This document shows, in pieces, positions 51,044 to 60,389 of a DNA stretch of 64,000 nt. Positions within the stretch are counted from its first letter, which is position 1; the number at the start of each line of letters is the position of its first letter. The notes under the pieces are model-generated. The model saw only the letters and a program-made list of their open reading frames with translations, was not told the origin of the DNA and did no database searches. Position numbers and translations under genes: made by a program. Source of the stretch: Patescibacteria group bacterium (lineage in GTDB: Bacteria; Patescibacteriota; Microgenomatia; UBA8517); NCBI GenBank assembly GCA_035291665.1, contig DATDRP010000001.1, positions 2,569-66,568 on the forward strand, read 5' to 3'.

Positions 51044-51583
51044 ATGATAATAGGACCAAAAAAGTTACTTCAATTGGTTAAATCAATAAAACTTGTAGAA
51101 AACCTCTCCGGTCGCGAGCTCACAAATCCCGAAGGGGCAGGCTTTGACTTGCGGCTGGGTGAAGTTTATCGGATCGAAGGAGATGCTTTTTTGGGAATTG
51201 AAGAAAGATATACTCCGAAATCGAAATTAGTAAAAAATTATAAAGAATCAAAAAAAACATCAATTATTATTAAACCCGGTGATCAGTTTGTGGTTACAAC
51301 AATGGAAAGTCTTAATTTACCCGGTAACATCACCGCGAATTTGTGGCTTAGAAGTACTCTTTATCGAAGCGGGATTATCTTAAGCGGAGGTAATATTGCA
51401 CCAGGATATTCGGGTAAGCTATCGTTTACCTTGTTTAATTCCGGAAAATCCAGAGTAGAAATAGAACTAGGTGCAAGGATTGTACACATATTATTTTATG
51501 AAGTTAAGGCAGGAGGGACTTTGTATCGGGGCCAATGGCAGGGCGGAAGAGTCACAGCGGCTAAAAAAGAGAAACAAGTTTAG
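51044..51583 (+). CDS. dcd: dCTP deaminase (dUTPase-like trimeric fold)
   Basis: GFDLRLG, RSTLYRSG, IAPGYSG, YRGQWQG. Confidence 0.8.
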   Translation: MIIGPKKLLQLVKSIKLVENLSGRELTNPEGAGFDLRLGEVYRIEGDAFLGIEERYTPKSKLVKNYKESKKTSIIIKPGDQFVVTTMESLNLPGNITANLWLRSTLYRSGIILSGGNIAPGYSGKLSFTLFNSGKSRVEIELGARIVHILFYEVKAGGTLYRGQWQGGRVTAAKKEKQV

Positions 51584-51683
51584 TAACTTATAATAAACAC
51601 TAGTTTTTTTATTATCTTTATAAGTCAGTTCCATTTAAGGGAATGTATTATTAAACAAATACAAATTTAGACAATTTACTATA

Positions 51684-51715
51684 TCATGTAACATATAATG
51701 ATATATGTTACATGA
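51684..51715. repeat. 32-bp palindrome family, copy 5
   Basis: TCATGTAACATATA-ATGA-TATATGTTACATGA, perfect arms. Confidence 0.9.
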
Positions 51716-51771
51716 CGTAGAAGAGAGTTTTGATGATTGACAATATGGGAAATGTTTTTTAATTTGAAGAG

Positions 51772-52005
51772 ATGTCAGTTGATAATCCGATTTTTGAAAA
51801 ACAACCATGTGAGTATGAATCTCCAACAAACGTTTCTGCATATGATCTTCAGAGGTTGGGTAAAGAAGTACCTCATTGGCAAGCTGAAGCTGAGAGACGA
51901 GCATTAGAAAAGTCCGGTGTGAAATTTACTGCAAGCAGTTCCGGCGAGGAAATCGGATCAATAAAATTAATTCCTGAGATTCGAAAATCAAAACATAATA
52001 GTTAA
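51772..52005 (+). CDS. hypothetical protein
   Basis: 77 aa; first of three tightly spaced ORFs. Confidence 0.5.
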   Translation: MSVDNPIFEKQPCEYESPTNVSAYDLQRLGKEVPHWQAEAERRALEKSGVKFTASSSGEEIGSIKLIPEIRKSKHNS

Positions 52006-52006
52006 A

Positions 52007-52378
52007 GTGGGAATTGAAATTGAAAGTCTGGAAAAAAAAATAAAAGTAAATTTTTTGTATCGCGGCGACTTTGACCCCGAACCTTTACGAAATATACTTG
52101 GCTTTAATGGTCAAAAACCGGTTTTAAAATTTCCCATCGAGGAACGGCTTCGGGAACTCCAACTACTTACTCGAGGCGGATATTTGCGAAAAGGAGAATT
52201 GGCATTATTTCGCGGTCAATTAACAAAGGAGGAAAATCCACCTGATGGATGGGAAATAAAACGATGCCCCGATCATGGGAATACTTATCACGACGTTGTA
52301 GGATGTATGCATCATGAACATGACGATGGTGTTAAACACAGTGATTTACCACCTATAGATAGGGCGTATAAGGAGTAA
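52007..52378 (+). CDS. hypothetical protein with CPDH...CMH motif
   Basis: 123 aa. Confidence 0.5.
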   Translation: MGIEIESLEKKIKVNFLYRGDFDPEPLRNILGFNGQKPVLKFPIEERLRELQLLTRGGYLRKGELALFRGQLTKEENPPDGWEIKRCPDHGNTYHDVVGCMHHEHDDGVKHSDLPPIDRAYKE

Positions 52379-52387
52379 TGAACATTT

Positions 52388-52606
52388 GTGGCAATTGAAA
52401 AAATAGAATTTGAGAATATTGAAATATTTCCGGACGGAAGAAAAGTGCGTTTTGCATATGTTGATTTTATCGATAGGAGAGAACTTGAAAGTCAGCTGGC
52501 TAATCCGGGTACTTCGGAAAGGATCAGACAAAATTGTCGTTTCAGATTGCAAAATGCCGGATATTTACCTGGTCCAAATATTAAAACATTATTTACAAAA
52601 CCTTAA
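52388..52606 (+). CDS. hypothetical protein
   Basis: 72 aa. Confidence 0.45.
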   Translation: MAIEKIEFENIEIFPDGRKVRFAYVDFIDRRELESQLANPGTSERIRQNCRFRLQNAGYLPGPNIKTLFTKP

Positions 52607-52686
52607 AGATAAGTGGTATGAGGACATTGACAAGTTAGTTGCAGTGGTTAATAATTTTAACAATTTTCCTGCCGCCAAAAAATTAA

Positions 52687-54318
52687 ATGTCATCTGAATA
52701 TCAACGGGAAAATTACAAAGAGAACCAAGTTGAAGACTTGGTATCTGAATATGTTGGATTAGGAAAAAAGTTTGAAAACCCTCCGCAAATAAAATTGTCC
52801 TTAATTTCAGGAATACCAGATAGTCAGGAAATAATTGGAGCAAGAGACATTGCAGTGACAACCGCATTCCAGTGTTATGCACCGGGAGTTACCGTAATGA
52901 AAAAACGAGACGATGATAAATCCCAAAGTGTTGCCGATAGTACATTAGAGGCAGGACACCACACAACAAGGATGCATCAGCACTTAACTTGGAGAATTGT
53001 TGGAGCTACTAGAAGTGTTACACATGATGTTTTTCATTCTCATCCCTTCTACAACTCGGAACAACAAAGTCAAAGATATGTTGAGGCAAAAGAAGGTAGC
53101 TTTTTATTGCCTACGGATTTGACCCAAGACCAAAAACAATTGTATCTGAACTCTGCCAACTTCGCGAATCAAGCCTACTTTGGACTATTAAAACAATTGC
53201 ACCCCGAAGCGGATCGACGGATCGTAGAGATGTATCCAAAGGGAGGTTGGAAAGTTGATTCTACAAAGGAAAGGTTGGAATCAAAAGGGAAGAAGGTTGC
53301 ACAAGAGGTGGCGCGTTATGTCCTTCCGATTGGTCAATTGACTACTTACTATCATACTTTAAATACAATCCAACTGGCGCGCTTGTTTAAGGCTTCCCAA
53401 ATGGGTCATGTGTCTGATGAAGGAAAATTTATTATCGGGAAAATGATTCAGGAAGTTGCGGCCTACGACCCTACAATATTAAAAGAGATACCATTACCCG
53501 ATTCTTACGAAAAGCACGACACCTCGGGGGGTGTGAATAAATATAAAAATGAATTTGATAAAAGATTAGGGGATTTTTCATCGGCATTAATTTCTTCCCC
53601 AACTGATCTTCGGCAAGTTCTACTGTACTCTTTACGCAATACTCATGGTACCGGAAGTGATCAGATTTCCGACGATGAAGTAATTAGAAATTTGGCTGAT
53701 CCGAAGTACAATCGATTACTTGCGGATGTTTTTGAAACCGGCATGTTGGATCCGGCAACCTCGTCTTTACGAAGTGTTAGCTTAACTTTCGCAACAAAGT
53801 TATCGCACACAGCGGATTCTCAAAGACAAAGGCACAGAAGAACTCCCGGTGCAACTCCGGCTATAAATGAAATCTATGACGGCCGGAGAGATTATATGAC
53901 CCCGATGATTATTCGGGAAAACCCCGCACTGAGAGATGTTTATGATGAAACAATGAGGACAATATTTACAAACGTTGAAAAAGCAATTGATGCCGGAATA
54001 CCTCGGGAATATGCATTGCTACTCCTGCCAAATGCATCAACTCTTCGCGTTGTCGAGTCGGGTGATTTATTTGACTGGCTGCATCGCTGGAAGCAAAGGC
54101 TTTGTTACCTGGCACAGGAAGAGATCTTTTTTATATCTGTTGAACAAGTCGAACAGGTTGGAAAGGTTTTGCCCGATTTAAAAAATATGCTATTGGCGCC
54201 ATGCGGGGTTCGTCAGCGGGCGGGGGTGCGACCAAGATGTCCGGAAGGAGACCGTTGGTGTGGAAAGCCAGTTTACAATTGGAGTTTGGATAAGTATAAA
54301 GAAGAAAGATTGGTATAA
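52687..54318 (+). CDS. thyX: Flavin-dependent thymidylate synthase, tandem-domain type
   Basis: GHHTTRMH, SEQQSQRYV, EVARYVLP; second domain QRQRHRR, QRLCYLAQEEI. Confidence 0.85.
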   Translation: MSSEYQRENYKENQVEDLVSEYVGLGKKFENPPQIKLSLISGIPDSQEIIGARDIAVTTAFQCYAPGVTVMKKRDDDKSQSVADSTLEAGHHTTRMHQHLTWRIVGATRSVTHDVFHSHPFYNSEQQSQRYVEAKEGSFLLPTDLTQDQKQLYLNSANFANQAYFGLLKQLHPEADRRIVEMYPKGGWKVDSTKERLESKGKKVAQEVARYVLPIGQLTTYYHTLNTIQLARLFKASQMGHVSDEGKFIIGKMIQEVAAYDPTILKEIPLPDSYEKHDTSGGVNKYKNEFDKRLGDFSSALISSPTDLRQVLLYSLRNTHGTGSDQISDDEVIRNLADPKYNRLLADVFETGMLDPATSSLRSVSLTFATKLSHTADSQRQRHRRTPGATPAINEIYDGRRDYMTPMIIRENPALRDVYDETMRTIFTNVEKAIDAGIPREYALLLLPNASTLRVVESGDLFDWLHRWKQRLCYLAQEEIFFISVEQVEQVGKVLPDLKNMLLAPCGVRQRAGVRPRCPEGDRWCGKPVYNWSLDKYKEERLV

Positions 54319-54343
54319 ATATTGAAATTAGATATTTATTTTA

Positions 54344-55090
54344 ATGAAAAATAAAGGGAAGTTTATCGTTGTTGAGGGAGCGGATGGTACGGGAAAGAAA
54401 ACCCAGACGGATATGTTGAATGAAGCATTGAAACGGGAAGGTTATCCCGTCGAAATGTTCGATTTTCCCCAATATGAGACTACTTTTTTTGGCGCTCTTG
54501 TCGGACGATTTTTGAAAGGTGAGTTTGGCTCATTAAACGATGTTAATTCATACCTTGCTTCATTAACTTTCGCAGGAGACAGATGGCAGGCAAAAGAAAA
54601 AATATCAGCTCTTAAAGATGAGGGAAAAATTGTAATTGCTAATCGGTATTTTTTATCAAACGTGGCACACCAATCGGCAAAACTGCATCGCGATAAAAGG
54701 GATGAATTTGAAAGATTTTTACAAACACTTGAGTACGGAATATACGGAATCCCGAAAGAGGATCTGAATATAATTTTAACGGTTCCTCCTGAGATTAGCC
54801 AAAGGCTTATTGAAGAAAAATCAACCCGAGCATATTTGGGTGGAATAAAAAAAGATATCCAGGAAGATAACCTTGATTATCAAAGAGAAGTGTCTGCAGT
54901 ATATCTGGAATTGGCAAAACGTTATCCCGGTGTTGTAGAAATAGATTGCTCCGGGGTTAATGGTGGCGAGCTTAAAACCAGAGAGGAAATACACAATTTA
55001 ATTCTTAATGAGGTACGTAGGGTACTGGAGATGCCGGAAGGTCGAATAGTTAGGGAAGGGTCCGCGTTTCGCAATGAGCGGAGATATTGA
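54344..55090 (+). CDS. tmk: Thymidylate kinase
   Basis: IVVEGADGTGKKTQ, FPQY, FAGDRW, ANRY. Confidence 0.93.
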   Translation: MKNKGKFIVVEGADGTGKKTQTDMLNEALKREGYPVEMFDFPQYETTFFGALVGRFLKGEFGSLNDVNSYLASLTFAGDRWQAKEKISALKDEGKIVIANRYFLSNVAHQSAKLHRDKRDEFERFLQTLEYGIYGIPKEDLNIILTVPPEISQRLIEEKSTRAYLGGIKKDIQEDNLDYQREVSAVYLELAKRYPGVVEIDCSGVNGGELKTREEIHNLILNEVRRVLEMPEGRIVREGSAFRNERRY

Positions 55091-55108
55091 TTATAATCAA
55101 GTGGTGCT

Positions 55109-56419
55109 ATGGATAAAATAATAAAGCTAATAAAAAAAGAAGAAATCAGGCAGCAAGAGACATTGATGATGATCCCCTCCGAAAATTACACTTACCCTGA
55201 AGTTCGAAGTGCGGTTGGGTCGGTACTGATGCATAAGTATGCGGAAGGACAACCCGGTAAAAGATACTATCAGGGGAATGAAATAGTAGATGAGATAGAG
55301 TTTGAGGCGGAAAAGGCGGCACTTACGGCCTTCGGACTAAAGGACACAGAATGGGCAGCGAATGTTCAACCATATTCCGGTTCTCCGGCAAATGTTGCAG
55401 TATACAATGCACTATTGAATCCGGGTGACAAAATTATGGCTATGTATCTCCCCGATGGGGGGCATTTATCACATGGCTGGCAGTATGGTGATAAAAAATT
55501 GACCTTTGTTTCCAAAATCTGGAATGTTGATTTCTACCACGTTGACAAGAATTCAAAAGTTTTTGATTATGATCAAATCGAAAAACAAGCAACTAGTTTT
55601 AAACCGAAGCTGATTATATCGGGAGGTACTGCCTATCCCCGGGATATTGACCATAAACGTTTGGGAGAAATAGCAAAGAAAGTGGATGCGTATTACATGG
55701 CTGATATTGCTCATGAAGCAGGACTGATTGCAGCAAGGGTTAACTCTTCACCTTTTCCGCATGCGGATGTTGTGACGATGACGACTCATAAGACTCTCCG
55801 AGGTCCAAGAGGTGCAATTATAATAGCCAGGAAAGAGCTGATTGATGTGGTTGATGCATCAATATTTCCGGGTTTTCAGGGCGGACCGCATATTCATACG
55901 ATTGCCGGAATTGCGATTGCACTTCGGCAAGCTCAGAGTAAATTGTTTCAAAAATATGCCAAGCAGGTAGTTTTGAATGCACAACGTTTTGCACAAAATC
56001 TTAAGAATAAAGGTTACGATATTGTTAGTGGCGGAACTGATAAACATTTGGTATTGGTGGATTTGCGGAATAAAAATGTAAACGGTTGGTTTATTGCCTG
56101 GGCACTGGAGGCGGCGGGTATAGTTGTAAACCGAAATACCGTGCCCTATGACACAGGCTCGCCTTATTATCCATCCGGTTTACGCCTCGGGACTCCGGCG
56201 ATTACAACCAGGGGGATGAAAGAACCCGAGATCGACAAGATTTCGGATTGGATAGATGAAGTTGTAAAGCACATCGGAAAACAAACGCTTTCCGAGAATA
56301 AAGATGAAAGGAACGAACTCCTTAAAAAGTATAAGGATTCGATTATGAAGGACAAATTTCTTTCCGATATATCACTCAAAGTAAAATCTCTTTGTAGGGC
56401 TTTCCCTTTAAATTTTTAA
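55109..56419 (+). CDS. glyA: Serine hydroxymethyltransferase
   Basis: [49 protein letters not shown]. Confidence 0.98.
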   Translation: MDKIIKLIKKEEIRQQETLMMIPSENYTYPEVRSAVGSVLMHKYAEGQPGKRYYQGNEIVDEIEFEAEKAALTAFGLKDTEWAANVQPYSGSPANVAVYNALLNPGDKIMAMYLPDGGHLSHGWQYGDKKLTFVSKIWNVDFYHVDKNSKVFDYDQIEKQATSFKPKLIISGGTAYPRDIDHKRLGEIAKKVDAYYMADIAHEAGLIAARVNSSPFPHADVVTMTTHKTLRGPRGAIIIARKELIDVVDASIFPGFQGGPHIHTIAGIAIALRQAQSKLFQKYAKQVVLNAQRFAQNLKNKGYDIVSGGTDKHLVLVDLRNKNVNGWFIAWALEAAGIVVNRNTVPYDTGSPYYPSGLRLGTPAITTRGMKEPEIDKISDWIDEVVKHIGKQTLSENKDERNELLKKYKDSIMKDKFLSDISLKVKSLCRAFPLNF

Positions 56420-56450
56420 ATCTTCTATCGAAAAAACCAATTCTCGGAAT

Positions 56451-56711
56451 TTAATCTTCAGAGGGCTTTTTGAAACTTTCAAATTTACTTGCTACTTCAG
56501 GATTTACCAATTTCAAAACTTCAAGCCCCTTTACTCTTATATCAAGCGAGTTGACTACTCCGTCAACAGCCGCGGTAGGAAGCCAGTTTTCTATTTCAGT
56601 TGCCACTTTTTCAGCCTCTTCGTCTGATGTTCCTGCGTTTTTTAGGCCGCTGATAATTTTTGATCTATCAAATTCCTCTAAACTTCCGTCTTTTTTCTGT
56701 ACCTTGTACAT
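56451..56711 (-). CDS. stand-alone ATP-cone domain protein
   Basis: VQKKDGSLEEFDRSKI...VNSLDIR. Confidence 0.8.
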   Translation of the reverse strand: MYKVQKKDGSLEEFDRSKIISGLKNAGTSDEEAEKVATEIENWLPTAAVDGVVNSLDIRVKGLEVLKLVNPEVASKFESFKKPSED

Positions 56712-56868
56712 TTTTAACCACCCCGATTCTTGTTTATATAATACAATTTCCCGATAAATGTTCCTATCCTTAATTTGTTTTAGCGTGACTGTTGATAGGG
56801 ATTTTGTTAAAGTTTCTCGCCTTAGCCTAACTCGGTTGTTATCTTGAACGCTGTTATAATATATCAGG

Positions 56869-57711
56869 ATGAAAACTAATCCCTATATCTTTGACGGCCG
56901 AAAATTTGCTCAGGAAAAGCTAGTAAGACTCAAACCGAGCGTTGACGAGTTCAAAAAATCCGGTATCAAGCTTAAATTAGCCTCGTTAATAGTGGGAGAT
57001 AATCCGGGAAGTAAACTTTATTTGGACCTAAAGAAGAAAAGGGGAGAAGAGGTTGGAATTGAAGTAAAAGTTGTCAGTTTAAGTCTGAGAAGTAGCACAT
57101 ATGAAATTATTAATCTTATTAAAAATTTAAATACTGATAAAACTGTAAATGGGATAATGGTACAGCTGCCTCTGCCTGACAGTTTTTTAGAAGAAGATAA
57201 AAAGAAAATAATAGATTCAATTGATCCGAAAAAAGATGTCGACGGACTTCGTGAAGACAGTCTATATATACATCCGACGGTAAAAGCAATTCTTGAAGTA
57301 TTTGAATTTTCTTTAAATATTGTACGACTAACGCTCAAGGACAATCCTTGTACCGTGTGTGTTGTTGGTGCGACTGGTATGGTTGGAAAGCCTTTAGTAA
57401 GAAAATTAAAAACGCAGAAGTTTAATAATTTAACAATAAAATTAATAGAGCTTGATATAAATTCAAAAAATATTTCGGAATTTACCCAAACTGCTGATGT
57501 GATAATAAGTTGTACCGGAAAACCCGGTTTAATTAAAAAAGAAATGATTAAAAAAGGCGTTATCCTTTTGGACGTTGGTTCACCAGATGGCGACATTGAA
57601 AAAAACTCCTACACAAAAGCTTCATTTGTATCACCGGTGCCGGGTGGAATCGGACCAGTTACAATTGCATGTTTAATGGAAAATGTTGCAGAAAGTCTTG
57701 GAAGCAGGTAA
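56869..57711 (+). CDS. folD: Methylenetetrahydrofolate dehydrogenase/cyclohydrolase
   Basis: VNGIMVQLPLP, KDVDG, VGKP, SPVPGGIGPVTIACL. Confidence 0.96.
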   Translation: MKTNPYIFDGRKFAQEKLVRLKPSVDEFKKSGIKLKLASLIVGDNPGSKLYLDLKKKRGEEVGIEVKVVSLSLRSSTYEIINLIKNLNTDKTVNGIMVQLPLPDSFLEEDKKKIIDSIDPKKDVDGLREDSLYIHPTVKAILEVFEFSLNIVRLTLKDNPCTVCVVGATGMVGKPLVRKLKTQKFNNLTIKLIELDINSKNISEFTQTADVIISCTGKPGLIKKEMIKKGVILLDVGSPDGDIEKNSYTKASFVSPVPGGIGPVTIACLMENVAESLGSR

Positions 57712-57778
57712 ATAGATATTCTTCAAACTAACGCTCTTTGAAAGTTGATATTTATGGAAAAATTCCTATAATAATGAC

Positions 57779-58063
57779 ATGTCACCTATTAGAGTGGAAA
57801 TAGAAGGCGATATTCGGATTAATAATGAGACTTTGACCCCCGGTGAAAGCCGTGTGATAAATTTGGGAGGAGGAGAAGGTGTTGTAGTGGAAAGAGTAGA
57901 TGAAGATAATAATGAATTGTACAGTGTATTTCAAACCGATCCGTTTGATCCTGATCCCACTGAATGTTTACAAAAGATAAATATAGCTGAAGATCAAAAA
58001 AGCGGCCATTTTTATATAGGTGACACAAAAGTCTCGGCATGGTATGTTAAAAAAACAAGTTGA
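57779..58063 (+). CDS. hypothetical acidic protein
   Basis: 94 aa; TATAAT 6 nt before ATG. Confidence 0.55.
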   Translation: MSPIRVEIEGDIRINNETLTPGESRVINLGGGEGVVVERVDEDNNELYSVFQTDPFDPDPTECLQKINIAEDQKSGHFYIGDTKVSAWYVKKTS

Positions 58064-58109
58064 CGGCTATTGTTAAAGTCAATCAGGTGGTATAAAATAC
58101 CCAAAGTAT

Positions 58110-58172
58110 AAAACACATCGGTCTGGCCTCCTGAAGCTATAAGACCGGTGGATGAAATAAGGAGGCGAACAC
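58110..58172 (+). promoter_or_regulatory. rpsB (S2) leader RNA
   Basis: acacatcggtct...agaccggtg stem with gcctcc/ggaggc pseudoknot-type pairing upstream of rpsB. Confidence 0.55.
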
Positions 58173-58226
58173 AAGAAGGTTTTTGATAAACTTTTTGTAT
58201 TTCAAACTTAGCTTAAATAATTTTAT

Positions 58227-59060
58227 ATGACAATCGACATTTCACTCGAAGAATTGGTCAAAACAGGAGCTCATTTTGGGCATCAGGTCAAACGTTGGAA
58301 TCCCAGAATGGAGAAATTCATTCATTCATCCCAAAACGGAGTTCATATTTTTGATTTGATAAAAACAAAGGAGTGTCTCGGGGAGGCACTTGATGTACTT
58401 CGTAAATCCGCTAATGAAGGTAAAACGATCGTGCTTCTCGGAACAAAAAAACAGATAAAAGATAAAATCAAAAGCGTTGCTGAGGATGCAGGAGTTTCGT
58501 ATGTTAATGAAAGATGGCTGGGTGGGACGATTACCAATTTCGAGCAGGTTAAAAAGTCCAGCGATAAATTGGAGAAGCTCTCAAAAGGTCTTGCCAGCGG
58601 AGAATATGATACATATACAAAAAAAGAAAAACTTCTGATGGAGCGTGAAATTCAAAGGTTGGAAAGGTTCTTCGGAGGTATAAAAAACATGACAAAAGTT
58701 CCCGACTTAGTATTTATTATCGATATCCGCAAGGAAAGGGGCGCCGTACGTGAAGCAAGCGTCAAGGGAGTGGAAACAATCGGTATTGTTGATACAAATT
58801 CTGATCCGAACCTTGTTGATTATCCGATTCCAATGAATGACGATGCGAAAAAAGCAATTGAATACGTACTTGACCTTGTGTCCGCAGCCATAAAAGAAGG
58901 TAAAAAAGGTGATATAAAAGAAAAAAGCGATATCGTTAAAAAAGCGGTTAAAAAGGATGTTGTCGAAAAGGTAGTACTAAAAAAAGCAAAGACTCCAAGC
59001 AAGCGTAAGCCGGCAAAAACAAACACAAAGGTCAAAACAAAAAAAACCAAAAGTAAATAA
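58227..59060 (+). CDS. rpsB: 30S ribosomal protein S2 with Lys-rich C-terminal tail
   Basis: GAHFGHQVKRWNPRM, RWLGGTITNF, VDTNSDP, PMNDDA. Confidence 0.98.
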   Translation: MTIDISLEELVKTGAHFGHQVKRWNPRMEKFIHSSQNGVHIFDLIKTKECLGEALDVLRKSANEGKTIVLLGTKKQIKDKIKSVAEDAGVSYVNERWLGGTITNFEQVKKSSDKLEKLSKGLASGEYDTYTKKEKLLMEREIQRLERFFGGIKNMTKVPDLVFIIDIRKERGAVREASVKGVETIGIVDTNSDPNLVDYPIPMNDDAKKAIEYVLDLVSAAIKEGKKGDIKEKSDIVKKAVKKDVVEKVVLKKAKTPSKRKPAKTNTKVKTKKTKSK

Positions 59061-59075
59061 ACTCATAAAATTGAT

Positions 59076-59534
59076 ATGGCTGTAAAAATAAGTGCGGATG
59101 ATATCCGTAAAGTTAAGGAAGAAACAGGATCTCCTGTGATCAGGGCTAAAGCGGTTTTGGAAGAGCAGAAAGGCGATATTAAAAAGGCAATTGAGATTCT
59201 TCGGAAAGAAGGTTTTGAAAAAACCCAAAAGAGAGCAGGTAGAGAGACTAAAGCCGGAATTTTATCATCGTATGTCCATCACACACAAAAAGTTATAGGT
59301 ATCGCTGAGGTTTTTTGCGAAACAGATTTTGTCGCAAAAAATGAACTTTTTCAACAACTCGGTAAAGATATTGCTATGCAAGTCGCTTCCATGGGAGAGA
59401 AAGATATTTTAGATCAGGAATTTATAAAGGATCCTTCAAAAAAGATTTCAGATCTTTTGAAAGAGGTAATTGCAAAAACCGGTGAAAATGTAGTTTTGGG
59501 TAGGGTTATGCAAATTTCTTTGGGAGAAAAATAA
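59076..59534 (+). CDS. tsf: Elongation factor Ts (short form)
   Basis: EVFCETDFVAKN, IAMQVA, FIKDPS, KTGEN. Confidence 0.95.
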   Translation: MAVKISADDIRKVKEETGSPVIRAKAVLEEQKGDIKKAIEILRKEGFEKTQKRAGRETKAGILSSYVHHTQKVIGIAEVFCETDFVAKNELFQQLGKDIAMQVASMGEKDILDQEFIKDPSKKISDLLKEVIAKTGENVVLGRVMQISLGEK

Positions 59535-59617
59535 TCAGTTTAGTCGGTTTCTTCAAACGCTATCGTAAATTTTCAAATAAGAGTTAACAATTTTGAAAAT
59601 ACGTTATAATAGATATT

Positions 59618-60172
59618 ATGGACGATGCAAATACAAGCAAGAAAATGCAGGACATCGTTGACCTGATTGTAAAAGATATTGCCTCCATTAGAACAGGAAG
59701 AGCCACCCCCGCACTTGTTGAAGATCTATCAGTTGTCGTTTACGGAGGGGTACAGAAGCTACGGATTCAGGAACTGGCAACAACCAGCACTCCCGACGCA
59801 CAAACTATAGTTATTGACCCTTGGGATAAATCAATCATTGGCGAAATTAGAAAAGGAATTCTGGAAGCAAATGTCGGAATGAATCCGTCAATAGACGGTC
59901 AGATTTTGAGAATTGCATTTCCACCTCTTACTACTGAAGACCGCGAAAAATATGTAAAACTTCTTTCTCAAAAACTTGAAAGCGGACGTGTGATGGTGAG
60001 ACAAGTCAGGGGTGAGGCTATGCGCGATGTCAAAAAGTCGTTTGAAGAAAAAGAAATCAGTGAAGATGAAAAATTTGCTGCTGAGAAAAAAGTTCAGGAT
60101 TTAACCGATGAATATATTGAAAAAATAAATACAGTTGGAGAAAAGAAAAAGCAGGAACTTCTGCAACTATAA
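59618..60172 (+). CDS. frr: Ribosome recycling factor
   Basis: IRTGRATP, IDPWDK, PPLTTEDRE. Confidence 0.97.
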   Translation: MDDANTSKKMQDIVDLIVKDIASIRTGRATPALVEDLSVVVYGGVQKLRIQELATTSTPDAQTIVIDPWDKSIIGEIRKGILEANVGMNPSIDGQILRIAFPPLTTEDREKYVKLLSQKLESGRVMVRQVRGEAMRDVKKSFEEKEISEDEKFAAEKKVQDLTDEYIEKINTVGEKKKQELLQL

Positions 60173-60389
60173 TATAGGATTAGAATCGCACGAAATCAAT
60201 CAAGGAGAAATATTAAATAGTTACCAAACTTCAGTCCCGGTTAAGTTAATTTTAAGTATATAATTTTATTTTTAAGAGATACGAAAGCATAAATTATTTC
60301 AATTGAGGTAATTCATTTCTTGATTGTGCAAGATTGATTTTTAATTGTTAAACTGTAATTTCGAATTATAAATGGTAAACTCTTAACGT

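Noticed and set aside
44549-60172. Missing mreC/mreD and pyrH from their usual operons; short EF-Ts and ProRS
   Set aside because: Expected streamlining or rearrangement in this lineage; absence cannot be shown from one window.
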